DNA of 49,147 bases from Candidatus Adlerbacteria bacterium. Its GTDB lineage: Bacteria; Patescibacteriota; Minisyncoccia; Phycocordibacterales; SBAW01. Where the stretch lies: the NCBI GenBank assembly GCA_903900775.1, contig CAIUOD010000001.1, positions 1 to 49,147 on the forward strand. Direction: 5' to 3'. The notes under the pieces are model-generated. The model was not told where the DNA came from. It saw only the letters and a program-made list of their open reading frames with translations, and did not search any database. Positions 10,209 through 19,084 of this stretch are shown one piece after another (position 1 is the first letter of the stretch; every line of letters begins with the position of its first letter). The position numbers were made by a program, and so were the translations under genes.

Positions 10209-11429
10209 TTATTGTTTGAAGGCGTTCATGGGAATGCTGGCGGCCAGATTGGGCAGAAGATTGTTATAGAGCGCGATGCCGAACCACGCCCAGTTGTCGT
10301 CGTAGTACGAGAGCGACTTCTTCCACTTATCGGCACCCGGGTCGTAAAGGAAAACAAGTTTTTGGCTATAGACGTCTTGCGCCAGGTTGGGTGCCGCGAG
10401 CATGAAATAACCCACAGTGCCCCCATACATGGCAGGGGCCTCAGAGGCGATTACCACCGTGCCGTCATGGGTGTACGTTGACCCGAGTGTGTGGTTCTCG
10501 CTCCATTGCGAAGAGAGGAACGAAAGCATGTTGAGTGTGGTGATGTCGCGCGGATCTTTGAACCATGCCCAATCAAGCGCGAGATGGTACGGCACCCGGA
10601 GCGCATCGAAGCCGAAGTTGGTCGTATCTGCGCCGCCCGGTATCGCGATGAGTGCGCCGGTTGCGCGGTTAATTTCTACCCAATCGGGCGGTAGATTCGC
10701 GCTCAGTTTTTTATCGAGCGTCGAGGAAATACTTTTCTGCAAGACGGTGTAGGAGCTGTCCGCTAGTTTGCTCCACGGATGCGCCGGGTCGACGAGTGCA
10801 AAAATGCGATACGCCGCCGGATTGAGATAGGAGGGATTGATTGCTGCGTAGGTATTCCCTGAAGTTGTCTCAATATTGTCGGCGGTGAGGTAGGGGGTGG
10901 GGCCAACCTCGACAACTTCTTTGTTCCAAATATCCCCGATAATGCCACGCGCAGAGTCGAGATATTTAGGATCTTGCCAGCGCGCGTACGCAAAAACGAG
11001 CGAGAGAGCGATATCGGTATCGGCATCGCTCGCGCTTGTTTCGCCACCCTGAGAGATGAGCACGCCGTAGGAGCCGTCTGGTTGCTTACCCCACAGCCAG
11101 GCAAAGAGATGGTCGCCGGTGTGGTAGATGTTGGTCTGGGTCCAGTGCCACGCGCCATCAAATGTCTGTTTGTCGCCCATCCACACGGCGCGCAACATGG
11201 TGTAACTCTGCCCCTCGGAGGTAGTGACGTTGCCGCGCTGTGGGTCTAGCGTGCGGTAGCTACCCGCTTCGACATATTCATTTTTATAGGAGTACCACGT
11301 GGCGTTGAGTAGTTGCACCGGGGAGAAGATAATCGGCACATTGCCTCGGCCGCTCTCTAAATACAACACTGCACCAGCGATGAGCAGGGCAAAGCAAAGA
11401 AACACCCAGCCGAGTAATCGGGTCACCAT
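10209..11429 (-). CDS. Glycoside hydrolase family 8 (BcsZ-like endoglucanase), N-terminal membrane anchor
   Basis: TTSEGQSY, SASDAD, NPSY, FDALR and YYD motifs. Confidence 0.88.
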   Translation of the reverse strand: MVTRLLGWVFLCFALLIAGAVLYLESGRGNVPIIFSPVQLLNATWYSYKNEYVEAGSYRTLDPQRGNVTTSEGQSYTMLRAVWMGDKQTFDGAWHWTQTNIYHTGDHLFAWLWGKQPDGSYGVLISQGGETSASDADTDIALSLVFAYARWQDPKYLDSARGIIGDIWNKEVVEVGPTPYLTADNIETTSGNTYAAINPSYLNPAAYRIFALVDPAHPWSKLADSSYTVLQKSISSTLDKKLSANLPPDWVEINRATGALIAIPGGADTTNFGFDALRVPYHLALDWAWFKDPRDITTLNMLSFLSSQWSENHTLGSTYTHDGTVVIASEAPAMYGGTVGYFMLAAPNLAQDVYSQKLVFLYDPGADKWKKSLSYYDDNWAWFGIALYNNLLPNLAASIPMNAFKQ

Positions 11430-11443
11430 TGTTGTTCTATAAT

Positions 11444-11626
11444 TTACCTATGTCGAGTAAACATTCTGGCGAGAAGTTGGCGCCCAACCAATAGGAAGCC
11501 GAACAGTCCCAGTACCACGGCCGCTGCTAATAGAGTTTGGATTTGCGCTGGCGCGAGATGCTCGCCCACCGCGTATATGTTGTCGGGGGCGACTTTAGTG
11601 GTGGTGAAAAAGAGTGATTCGCGCAT
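11444..11626 (-). CDS. Small single-TM hypothetical protein
   Basis: 60-aa ORF filling the gap in a co-oriented operon, with a hydrophobic stretch. Confidence 0.5.
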   Translation of the reverse strand: MRESLFFTTTKVAPDNIYAVGEHLAPAQIQTLLAAAVVLGLFGFLLVGRQLLARMFTRHR

Positions 11627-11636
11627 ATTTATTTTT

Positions 11637-12761
11637 TTATGATTGAGGTATAAAGGTCGTCCCCGTCTGGCGCTGTCTGAACACCCACACTTTCGAGAGG
11701 GTAAAGTTGGCTATGAAGGTGAACACGGTGGTGATGGCAAGTGCCACAAGATCGTACACGCCCACACCGACGAGGAAGTTCATCATCGCGACGTTAATCG
11801 TCAGCGAGACCGAGGTCATCGCATAGAAGCGCACCACTTCGCCCAGGGTTAGTCGCGTGCGCAGGCCGAAGGTCCAGTAGCGGTTAAGCAGGAGCGAGGA
11901 GACAGTGCCCACGAGGAACGAGAAGAGTTTGGCAATCGTCAAATGGTCGGCGAAGAGGGCGGTCGCGCGCGTGAGATAGAGATACGCGGTGACGTCGAGG
12001 AGTGTGTTGAGCACACCCACACTCATAAACTTGAGTGCCTCCTTGTGGGTCACCAGCCCGAGCTCGCCCCGATAGAGTTCGATCATCTCGGTAAAGGCGC
12101 GGAGGATGACAGTGAATTTTGCGCCGGTAGGAGAGCCGGCTTTGCGCGGCAAATGCGAAACAGGAACTTCTTTTACTGGAACCAATTTGCGGGTGAGGCG
12201 TATCAGTGTCTCGGCGCTTATCATCGCGCCTTTTGACTGCAGCGGTAGCGACTGCACCTCTTCGCGTTTAAATAGTTTAAAGGCGCAATCAATGTCGCGG
12301 ATCTTCAAACCGAAGAGTAGGCGATTGAGCCGATTCCAACCCCATGCATTGAGTAGGCGCATAAACGGGTCGCGGCGCGGCGCTCGATAACCAATAACCA
12401 CCGGGTACTCATCGAGATGTATCAAGAGATTTTGCAACTCGACGATATCAAACTGCAGATCCGCATCGGTGAAAAAGATGTACTCCATACGTGCTGCCGC
12501 AATGCCGGTCTTGAGTGCTGCGCCATAACCGCGATTGTGCGGATGATTTATGACGCGCACGACCGGATATTTGCGTGAGAAGTCTTCCGCTATTGACTGG
12601 GTATGGTCAGAGCTACCGTCGTTGACGACGATTATCTCGTACTCACCGACGTAGGGAGATTCTTCAACCGCGCGCATAGTATCGGTTATCGTTTGCCGAA
12701 TGTTTTCTTCTTCGTTGTAGGTAGGGAAGAATATGCTGAGCGATACTTTCTGTTGCTTCAT
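11637..12761 (-). CDS. Polyprenol-phosphate glycosyltransferase (DPM1-like GT2) fused to a GtrA-like domain
   Basis: PTYNEE, VNDGSSD, TDADLQ, DIDCAFKL; C-terminal 4-TM GtrA-like region (NRYWTF, SKVWVF). Confidence 0.88.
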   Translation of the reverse strand: MKQQKVSLSIFFPTYNEEENIRQTITDTMRAVEESPYVGEYEIIVVNDGSSDHTQSIAEDFSRKYPVVRVINHPHNRGYGAALKTGIAAARMEYIFFTDADLQFDIVELQNLLIHLDEYPVVIGYRAPRRDPFMRLLNAWGWNRLNRLLFGLKIRDIDCAFKLFKREEVQSLPLQSKGAMISAETLIRLTRKLVPVKEVPVSHLPRKAGSPTGAKFTVILRAFTEMIELYRGELGLVTHKEALKFMSVGVLNTLLDVTAYLYLTRATALFADHLTIAKLFSFLVGTVSSLLLNRYWTFGLRTRLTLGEVVRFYAMTSVSLTINVAMMNFLVGVGVYDLVALAITTVFTFIANFTLSKVWVFRQRQTGTTFIPQS

Positions 12762-12824
12762 ATTAAGCTTTATACGCGACAGAGATTAAAGTTGTCTGAA
12801 GCGGTAAGATTCTTGGAAACGAAA

Positions 12825-12851
12825 AGCGCCGCCCCAATATGGGGCGGCGCT
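12825..12851 (-). terminator. Intrinsic terminator after the FN3-repeat gene
   Basis: 12-bp stem AGCGCCGCCCCA/TGGGGCGGCGCT followed by a T-rich run on the minus strand. Confidence 0.75.
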
Positions 12852-12873
12852 CTCGATATGTAGCTGATAATTG

Positions 12874-14313
12874 TTAGTGAAGTGTTATCGTCGCATCGAC
12901 ACTATCACCATTTTGTCCGGCGAAGTGATAGGTGTAGGTCCCGGGCGCGGTCGGTAGCGAGAGCGAGCCGGTGGAGAAGTTCCCACCGTTATCAGCGTGC
13001 GCCATTGCGACGGTGGTGCCATTCATGGTCACCGTTACGTTCTCCTCGTGTTTGAAGTTTCTGCCGCCGAAGTCAATGGAGCCGCCTGCGCTGAACGTCT
13101 GCCCGTTCTGGTCGATTGAGGCTGGCCCTTGATTTTGCGGTGGCGTTGTGGTCCCGGTTCCGCCCCCACCAGTACCACCGCCACCTAACAGCGCCTGTAT
13201 CTCATGCTCGAGCGTTGTCACGCGATTCTGGAGGTCGGTGATCTCATTCTGTAGTGTAGTCAGATCGGGAGTGGTCGGTGGCGTAGTCGTGCTTGTCTGT
13301 GTAGTCATGAACATCTGATCCGTCGAGTGCATAGTGTTGCCCGAGCCATCCATCGACCACACCTGCAAGTGATATGTCGTGTTGGGTGTGAGGCCGGTCA
13401 GACCGACCGAGTGGCTCATCACCTGGTTCGTATCTTTCGTTGTTGAGGCAGTATAGTTGTTAGCTGATATACCCCATGCAACTTGTGAGTCCGCATTTTC
13501 ATCGGTCGTCCACATCACAGTCGCGCCCGTATCGGTCGGTGTTATAACGATGCCCGATATTACCGGCTCGGTCGAAGAAGCCGGAGTGCTCGTTGCGGTC
13601 GTAGTACCCATGGCAGAGAGAAACGTCTGGTCACTCGAGCTAGCTATCCCGGGGTTTGTGCCGGAGAGCACTTGGAAGTGGTAGTCGGTGTTGGGACTGA
13701 GATCGGTAACCGTCATCGAGTGGTTGGTTACCAGATTGCTATCAACCACCGTTGCGGCCCCATAGCTGGGTGTGGTACCCCAGAGAACCTGCGAGGTTGC
13801 GGGCTGGTCGGTCATCCATGTTATGAGCACATTCGTGCCGCTTGGATTTGCCAAGATATTGGATATGACCGGCATACTACTCGTTGCCGTAGTCGTCGTT
13901 GCGGTGCTCGCCGCCGCCCCCGTCGTTAGGAACGTCTGATCGCTCGAAGTAGCGAGCGAACTCGAAGCATTTTCAGACATAACCTGGAAGTGGTAGAGAG
14001 TGCCGGGGAGCAGGGCCGCCAATGATAGCGAGTGGCTGGTTACCTCGGAGGTGTCTAAACTTGAGAACGTGTTGTAGGGCGTTGTTGTACCGTAGGCGAC
14101 CTGCGAGTTTGAAGGTTGGTCGGTTGTCCAAGTGACGACCGCCCCCGTGTCGCTTGGGGAGGCAGCTATTGCCGAGATGGCCGGCGCGGTCGAGGTCTCT
14201 GTGTCTGCCTGTGCGGCGAGCGGCAAAACGATACCTCCGGCTAATGCCGCCACCGCAGAGACGAGCAAGCCCCCGATGCTCAACACGATTCCGTTAATTA
14301 TTTTTCGTTTCAT
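12874..14313 (-). CDS. Secreted/surface protein with three FN3-like repeats, Thr-rich linkers, coiled coil and C-terminal Ig-like domain
   Basis: Signal peptide; three copies of W(T/M)TD...SQVx(Y/W)G...HS...L.P.T.YH.QV.S...DQ.F; heptad segment LQNEITDLQNRVTTLEHEI. Confidence 0.8.
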   Translation of the reverse strand: MKRKIINGIVLSIGGLLVSAVAALAGGIVLPLAAQADTETSTAPAISAIAASPSDTGAVVTWTTDQPSNSQVAYGTTTPYNTFSSLDTSEVTSHSLSLAALLPGTLYHFQVMSENASSSLATSSDQTFLTTGAAASTATTTTATSSMPVISNILANPSGTNVLITWMTDQPATSQVLWGTTPSYGAATVVDSNLVTNHSMTVTDLSPNTDYHFQVLSGTNPGIASSSDQTFLSAMGTTTATSTPASSTEPVISGIVITPTDTGATVMWTTDENADSQVAWGISANNYTASTTKDTNQVMSHSVGLTGLTPNTTYHLQVWSMDGSGNTMHSTDQMFMTTQTSTTTPPTTPDLTTLQNEITDLQNRVTTLEHEIQALLGGGGTGGGGTGTTTPPQNQGPASIDQNGQTFSAGGSIDFGGRNFKHEENVTVTMNGTTVAMAHADNGGNFSTGSLSLPTAPGTYTYHFAGQNGDSVDATITLH

Positions 14314-14341
14314 AACTTTTTATTTTTTATTTGATAATAAC

Positions 14342-14389
14342 GCCGAGGGGGCTGTCCTAAATTTGTGTTTAGAGGACAGCCCCCTCGGC
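14342..14389. promoter_or_regulatory. 17-bp perfect inverted repeat in the leader of the FN3-repeat gene
   Basis: GCCGAGGGGGCTGTCCT (14342-14358) / AGGACAGCCCCCTCGGC (14373-14389). Confidence 0.7.
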
Positions 14390-14506
14390 TACACCATCAA
14401 TTCCTTCATTTGCATGTCCTCCCTTAACCTCGACCTCAATAATGCTGAAGGGCGGCGGCGCACGCGGTGCGCTCATCGACCGCTCGAGGCTTCAGTCATG
14501 CGGGCC

Positions 14507-14539
14507 ACTATAACGGGGTGTTGCTGAAAGGCAGGTGAA
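14507..14539 (-). promoter_or_regulatory. Putative OmpR-family tandem site plus -10 box
   Basis: On the minus strand: TTCA-N7-TTCA-N12-TATAGT. Confidence 0.5.
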
Positions 14540-14585
14540 GCACCTACGTTGATTTTTGAGAAAGTTAATGGTATAGTGCTCGTCT

Positions 14586-14939
14586 ATGAAGAATTTCAAG
14601 AAAGGCGGACATTTTGGGGCAGGGAATAAGTCGCATTCTTCTTTTGCAAAACCATTTAAACCATTCGCGCGGCATGGGGATGCTTCGCGCCCGGCAGAGA
14701 TGCACTCGGCCAAATGCGCGCATTGCGGCAAAATATGTGAAGTGCCATTTCGCCCCAACGGGAAGAAGCCGGTTTTCTGCAAAGATTGTTTTGTCCCCGA
14801 AAAAGGCGACGCTACCCCTCGCACGCCTTATCGGTCACAGCATATTGAGCCGCGCGGTGATGATCTAAAATCCCAGATCGAAATGCTCAATACTAAAATA
14901 GAAAAACTGATGCGTATGGTCGAAGCGCTCAATAAATAA
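14586..14939 (+). CDS. CxxC-x17-CxxC zinc-ribbon protein
   Basis: MHSAKCAHCGKICEVPFRPNGKKPVFCKDCF followed by a C-terminal coiled coil. Confidence 0.85.
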   Translation: MKNFKKGGHFGAGNKSHSSFAKPFKPFARHGDASRPAEMHSAKCAHCGKICEVPFRPNGKKPVFCKDCFVPEKGDATPRTPYRSQHIEPRGDDLKSQIEMLNTKIEKLMRMVEALNK

Positions 14940-14970
14940 ATTTCACGTCGCATTTAGTAGGAGATTATTT

Positions 14971-16206
14971 ATGTACGATCTGATTGTTATTGGTGGTGGC
15001 CCTTCGGGGATGATGGCGGCCGGGCGCGCGGCCGAGCTTGGTAAAAAAGTTTTACTGCTCGAAAAAAATAAGTCGCTGGGCAAAAAATTAAAAATCTCAG
15101 GTGGCGGGCGATGCAATATCACCAACGCTGAATTTGAACTGCATCAATTTTTGCATGCGTATGGGAGTGCCGAGCCGTTTTTGTATTCCGCGTTCGCTCA
15201 ATTTGGCGTACAAGACACGTTTACTTTTTTTGAATCTCACGGCCTGCCGCTCGTGGTTGAGGCGCGCAAGCGCGCCTTCCCCCAAACGCAGAAGGCCGCC
15301 GATGTGTGCAGCACGCTTGAGGCGTATATGAAAAAAGGGCGGGTCGAGGTGCGCACGAGCGCCCCGGTTACTCGGATTGAAACGAACAGCGAGGGTTTAA
15401 TTGCGGCGGTTGTGGTGGGTGGCGAGGTGCTCCGCGCCCACTCGTTTCTCTTGGCGGTGGGTGGCGTTTCGCACCCCGAGACCGGTTCAACCGGCGACGG
15501 CTTCGCCTGGCTCAAAAAAATGGGGCACACCATTCACACGCCGACCCCCTCGGTGGTCCCGCTCGCTGTTAAAGAAGAGTGGAGCAAAGAGCTCTCGGGG
15601 ACTTCGCTTTCGTTTATGAAAATCACTTTTTTTATGGATGGCAAAAAGCAATTCGCACAGACTGGTAAAATTTTGTTCACCCACTTCGGGCTCTCGGGCC
15701 CGCTCATCCTCAATAGCGCGCACAAAGTTGCTGACTTGCTCCATAGCGGCCTCGTGACCGCGACCATCGACGCCTATCCGCATACCGACCTCGGTGCGCT
15801 TGAGAAAAAAATCATTCACGTTTTCGACGCGAATAAAAATAAAGAACTCAAAAACATTATCAAAGAATTTGTCCCGGACGACACGCAGAAGGGGATTGCA
15901 CTTCTCCTCGCGCAAGAGATGGATATCACCAAGCAAGTCAACAGTATTACTAAAGAAGAACGTAAAAAGATAGTACATCTATTAAAAGCGCTCCCGCTTA
16001 CCATTGTGGGGCTCATGGGTTTTGACCGCGCGGTCGTGGCCGACGGTGGGGTTTCCTTAAAAGAAATAGACACGCGCACCATGCGCTCGCGCAAAATCCC
16101 AAATCTTCTAGTAACCGGTGATCTGCTCAATATTCATCGCCCGTCGGGCGGGTTTTCGCTCCAACTGTGTTGGACGACCGGCTATGTGGCCGGGACGCAC
16201 GCATAG
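14971..16206 (+). CDS. HI0933/YhiN/BaiN-family flavoprotein
   Basis: GGGPSG, GKKLKISGGGRCNITN, TGSTGDG, LFTHFGLSGP, GGFSLQ. Confidence 0.93.
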   Translation: MYDLIVIGGGPSGMMAAGRAAELGKKVLLLEKNKSLGKKLKISGGGRCNITNAEFELHQFLHAYGSAEPFLYSAFAQFGVQDTFTFFESHGLPLVVEARKRAFPQTQKAADVCSTLEAYMKKGRVEVRTSAPVTRIETNSEGLIAAVVVGGEVLRAHSFLLAVGGVSHPETGSTGDGFAWLKKMGHTIHTPTPSVVPLAVKEEWSKELSGTSLSFMKITFFMDGKKQFAQTGKILFTHFGLSGPLILNSAHKVADLLHSGLVTATIDAYPHTDLGALEKKIIHVFDANKNKELKNIIKEFVPDDTQKGIALLLAQEMDITKQVNSITKEERKKIVHLLKALPLTIVGLMGFDRAVVADGGVSLKEIDTRTMRSRKIPNLLVTGDLLNIHRPSGGFSLQLCWTTGYVAGTHA

Positions 16207-16279
16207 CTCCACGTCTGCGTGTTTGATAAGATAGGTGAAACGAACGGTCGATATCAGACGTATTATAGAGTATAAGACT

Positions 16280-16777
16280 ATGAAAAAATTCATCACCTCG
16301 CTGGTGTTTGTGCTCGTGTTCGCGATGTACGCTCTTTCGCAATATTTTAATAATTCGAGCACGCTCGCCTATACCGCTCCTGGTGCCACCCCGACCACGG
16401 CGGCAAATTCCCAGCCAGTTGCCCGAGTAGCAGCCCCTGTTTCCGTGCCAGTTTCAACTCCGGCGCCGACGACTGCGTCGAAGCCCGCAGGACAATATGT
16501 CGACGGCACCTACACGGGCTCGGTCGCGGATGCGTACTACGGCAAAGTGCAGGTTAAAGCAACTATCTCGGGCGGCAAATTGGCGGACGTTACTTTTCTT
16601 CAATATCCGAGCGATCGAAGCACCTCGCGCTTTATCAGTAGCCAGGCGATGCCAATGCTCACGAGTGAAGCGATACAGGCGCAGAGCGCCCAAGTAGACG
16701 CAGTCTCGGGAGCGAGCGACACCAGTGCGGCCTTCCGCGAGTCGCTCGGCGTGGCGCTTTCGCAAGCAAAAGGATAA
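16280..16777 (+). CDS. Membrane-anchored FMN-binding-domain protein (flavinylation substrate)
   Basis: N-terminal TM, Pro/Thr linker, YVDGTYTG...YGKVQV, and DAVSGAS matching the [S/T]GA[S/T] FMNylation motif. Confidence 0.88.
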   Translation: MKKFITSLVFVLVFAMYALSQYFNNSSTLAYTAPGATPTTAANSQPVARVAAPVSVPVSTPAPTTASKPAGQYVDGTYTGSVADAYYGKVQVKATISGGKLADVTFLQYPSDRSTSRFISSQAMPMLTSEAIQAQSAQVDAVSGASDTSAAFRESLGVALSQAKG

Positions 16778-16780
16778 AAT

Positions 16781-17527
16781 ATGAAAGAAACTCGCGACAT
16801 CATGGGTATGCCGGTGTCGATCGAGATAGCAGGCGTTCAGGCTGCACAAAAAAATTTCGATACGGCGTTCGATTATTTCGTGCACATTGACGAAACCTTT
16901 AGCACCTATAAGCCGGGGAGCGAAATATCCCGCATCAATCGCGGCGAAATCTCCGAGGCCGAGTATAGTGCCGAGATGAAGACAGTTTTTGCGCTTGCAG
17001 AAGAGACCAAGCAATTAACGCACGGCTACTTCGATATTCATACAGCCGATGGCATGATTGATCCCTTGGGTTTAGTCAAAGGTTGGGCTATTAATAACGC
17101 CGCTCATATGCTCGATGAGCTCGGCTGTAAAAATTTTCAGGTCGATGCGGGCGGCGATATTCAAACACGGGGCAAAAATGAAGAGGGCAATGAGTGGAGC
17201 GTCGGCATCCGCAACCCGTTCAATCGAGGAGAGATAATAAAAGTCATCTATCCGCGAGGCGCGGGTGTGGCGACTTCCGGCACGTACATTCGTGGCAAAC
17301 ATATCTACGACCCGCACTCGGGCGAGCCGGTTGTAACTCCTGTGCTCAGTCTTACTGTAGTGGGGCCCGATGTATACGAGGCGGATCGTTTTGCCACAGC
17401 GGCTTTTGCGATGGGCGAGCGCGGTGTCGAGTTTATCGAACAGCTAGATGGTTTTGAAGGGTATGCAGTAGACGAAAAAGGTGTCGCCACGATGACGAGC
17501 GGATTTACAAAATATACTTCGCAATAA
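16781..17527 (+). CDS. apbE: FAD:protein FMN transferase
   Basis: MGMPV, SEISRIN, DPLGLVKGWA, AGGDI, VATSG.Y, HIYDP and AD..ATA motifs. Confidence 0.92.
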   Translation: MKETRDIMGMPVSIEIAGVQAAQKNFDTAFDYFVHIDETFSTYKPGSEISRINRGEISEAEYSAEMKTVFALAEETKQLTHGYFDIHTADGMIDPLGLVKGWAINNAAHMLDELGCKNFQVDAGGDIQTRGKNEEGNEWSVGIRNPFNRGEIIKVIYPRGAGVATSGTYIRGKHIYDPHSGEPVVTPVLSLTVVGPDVYEADRFATAAFAMGERGVEFIEQLDGFEGYAVDEKGVATMTSGFTKYTSQ

Positions 17528-17530
17528 ACT

Positions 17531-19057
17531 ATGATACTGAAAAAAATTGACGATCTGTTGAACCGGGTGACCATGTACCGGCTGGCGGTCTACGAACTTG
17601 TTTTTTTGCTGGTCGTTGCGGGAATTCTCGGGCAGTTTGGCGTGATGCCCTATAGTCCCATTAACATCGCTTTTTCGGCTGTTTTTATTTTCGTCGTTTG
17701 TTGGATAACGAATACAATTTTTTCGTATTTTTTTGAAGTGCCGTCCAATCCCGAATCGACCTGGATTACCGCGCTTATCCTCGCGCTCATCATCACACCC
17801 ATCCACAATTGGCCGGATATGCAATTTTTACCACTGGCATTTTGGGCCTCGGCGTTGGCTATTGCCTCAAAATATATTTTAGCGGTGCGCGGCAAACACG
17901 TGTTCAATCCCGCGGCCGTAGGCGTCGCCATCACCGCCCTCGTGCTCGGGCTCTCGGCAAGTTGGTGGGTGGGGACGCCCAGCATGGTGCCGTTTGTACT
18001 CGTGGGAGGTCTCCTCTTGGTGCGCAAAATCCATCGCTTCGATCTCTTCTGGGCGTTTATCGGGATGTTTACGCTCGGGATGATCTACTTCGCGTTCGAT
18101 CAAAGCCTCGACCTCGTGCGTTCGCTCGAACAGTCGCTCCTCTATGCACCCGCATTTTTCTTCGCCACCGTGATGCTCACCGAGCCGGCAACGACGCCAC
18201 CCACGCGTAGGTGGCGGATGCTGTACGGTGCACTAGTCGGATTCCTTTTTCTGCCCAACGTGAGCGTCGGCTCTTTTTACTTCACGCCTGAACTCGCTCT
18301 TTTGGCAGGGAATGTCTTCGCATATTTCACGAGCCCCAAATATAAGCTCCAACTCAAGCTCAAAGATACCCGCCGTCTCTCTCCGGATGTATATGAATTT
18401 GCTTTTACTACCAACCGCCCCGTTCACTTTGAGCCCGGGCAATACATGGAGTGGACACTCGCACACGCTCACCCCGACAGCCGGAGCGTGCGGCGCTATT
18501 TCACCCTCGCATCTTCGCCGCGCGAGCGGGAGATGAAGCTCGGCGTCAAAATATATGAGCCCAAGAGCTCTTTCAAAAAAGCACTCCTCTCGATGCAGAG
18601 GGGGGATTTGCTCGTGGCCGCACAGCTAGCAGGCGACTTCACCCTGCCGCGCGATAAAAATAAAAAACTCGTCTTCATTGCGGGCGGTATCGGCATCACG
18701 CCCTTTCGGAGTATGCTTCAGCATTTGCTCGATGTGCGGCAAAAGCGTGATATTACGCTTTTTTATTCGAATAAAACGCCAGCCGACGCGGTCTATCGAG
18801 ACGTCTTTGATCGCGCGCGGCAAGAGCTTGGTATAAAAACCGTGTACGCATTCACGGCAAAAAATATGCCATTGCCGCCGGGCAGTATCCGGGCTATAGA
18901 CGCTGCCGCCATCGCGCACGAGGTCCCCGATTACCGCGACCGCACCTTCTACATCTCGGGCCCGCAGGCCATGGTTACAGCGTTTAGGAGTATATTACTG
19001 GAGATGGGGGTTGGGCGGGCGTACATCAAGACCGATTATTTCCCCGGTTTCGCATAA
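17531..19057 (+). CDS. RnfD/NqrB-like membrane domain fused to a ferredoxin-NADP(+)-reductase-type FAD/NAD-binding domain
   Basis: SKY...KHVFNPAA and MLTEPATTP in the membrane part; RYFTLASSP, AGGIGITPFRS and YISGP in the FNR part. Confidence 0.85.
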   Translation: MILKKIDDLLNRVTMYRLAVYELVFLLVVAGILGQFGVMPYSPINIAFSAVFIFVVCWITNTIFSYFFEVPSNPESTWITALILALIITPIHNWPDMQFLPLAFWASALAIASKYILAVRGKHVFNPAAVGVAITALVLGLSASWWVGTPSMVPFVLVGGLLLVRKIHRFDLFWAFIGMFTLGMIYFAFDQSLDLVRSLEQSLLYAPAFFFATVMLTEPATTPPTRRWRMLYGALVGFLFLPNVSVGSFYFTPELALLAGNVFAYFTSPKYKLQLKLKDTRRLSPDVYEFAFTTNRPVHFEPGQYMEWTLAHAHPDSRSVRRYFTLASSPREREMKLGVKIYEPKSSFKKALLSMQRGDLLVAAQLAGDFTLPRDKNKKLVFIAGGIGITPFRSMLQHLLDVRQKRDITLFYSNKTPADAVYRDVFDRARQELGIKTVYAFTAKNMPLPPGSIRAIDAAAIAHEVPDYRDRTFYISGPQAMVTAFRSILLEMGVGRAYIKTDYFPGFA

Positions 19058-19084
19058 AAGATTAATCGCTTTTACACCACCGAT

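Noticed and set aside
13300-14170. Repeated DNA segments as a possible CRISPR or tandem array
   Set aside because: They are degenerate protein-domain (FN3-like) repeats within one ORF. No identical repeats with unique spacers were seen in the window.
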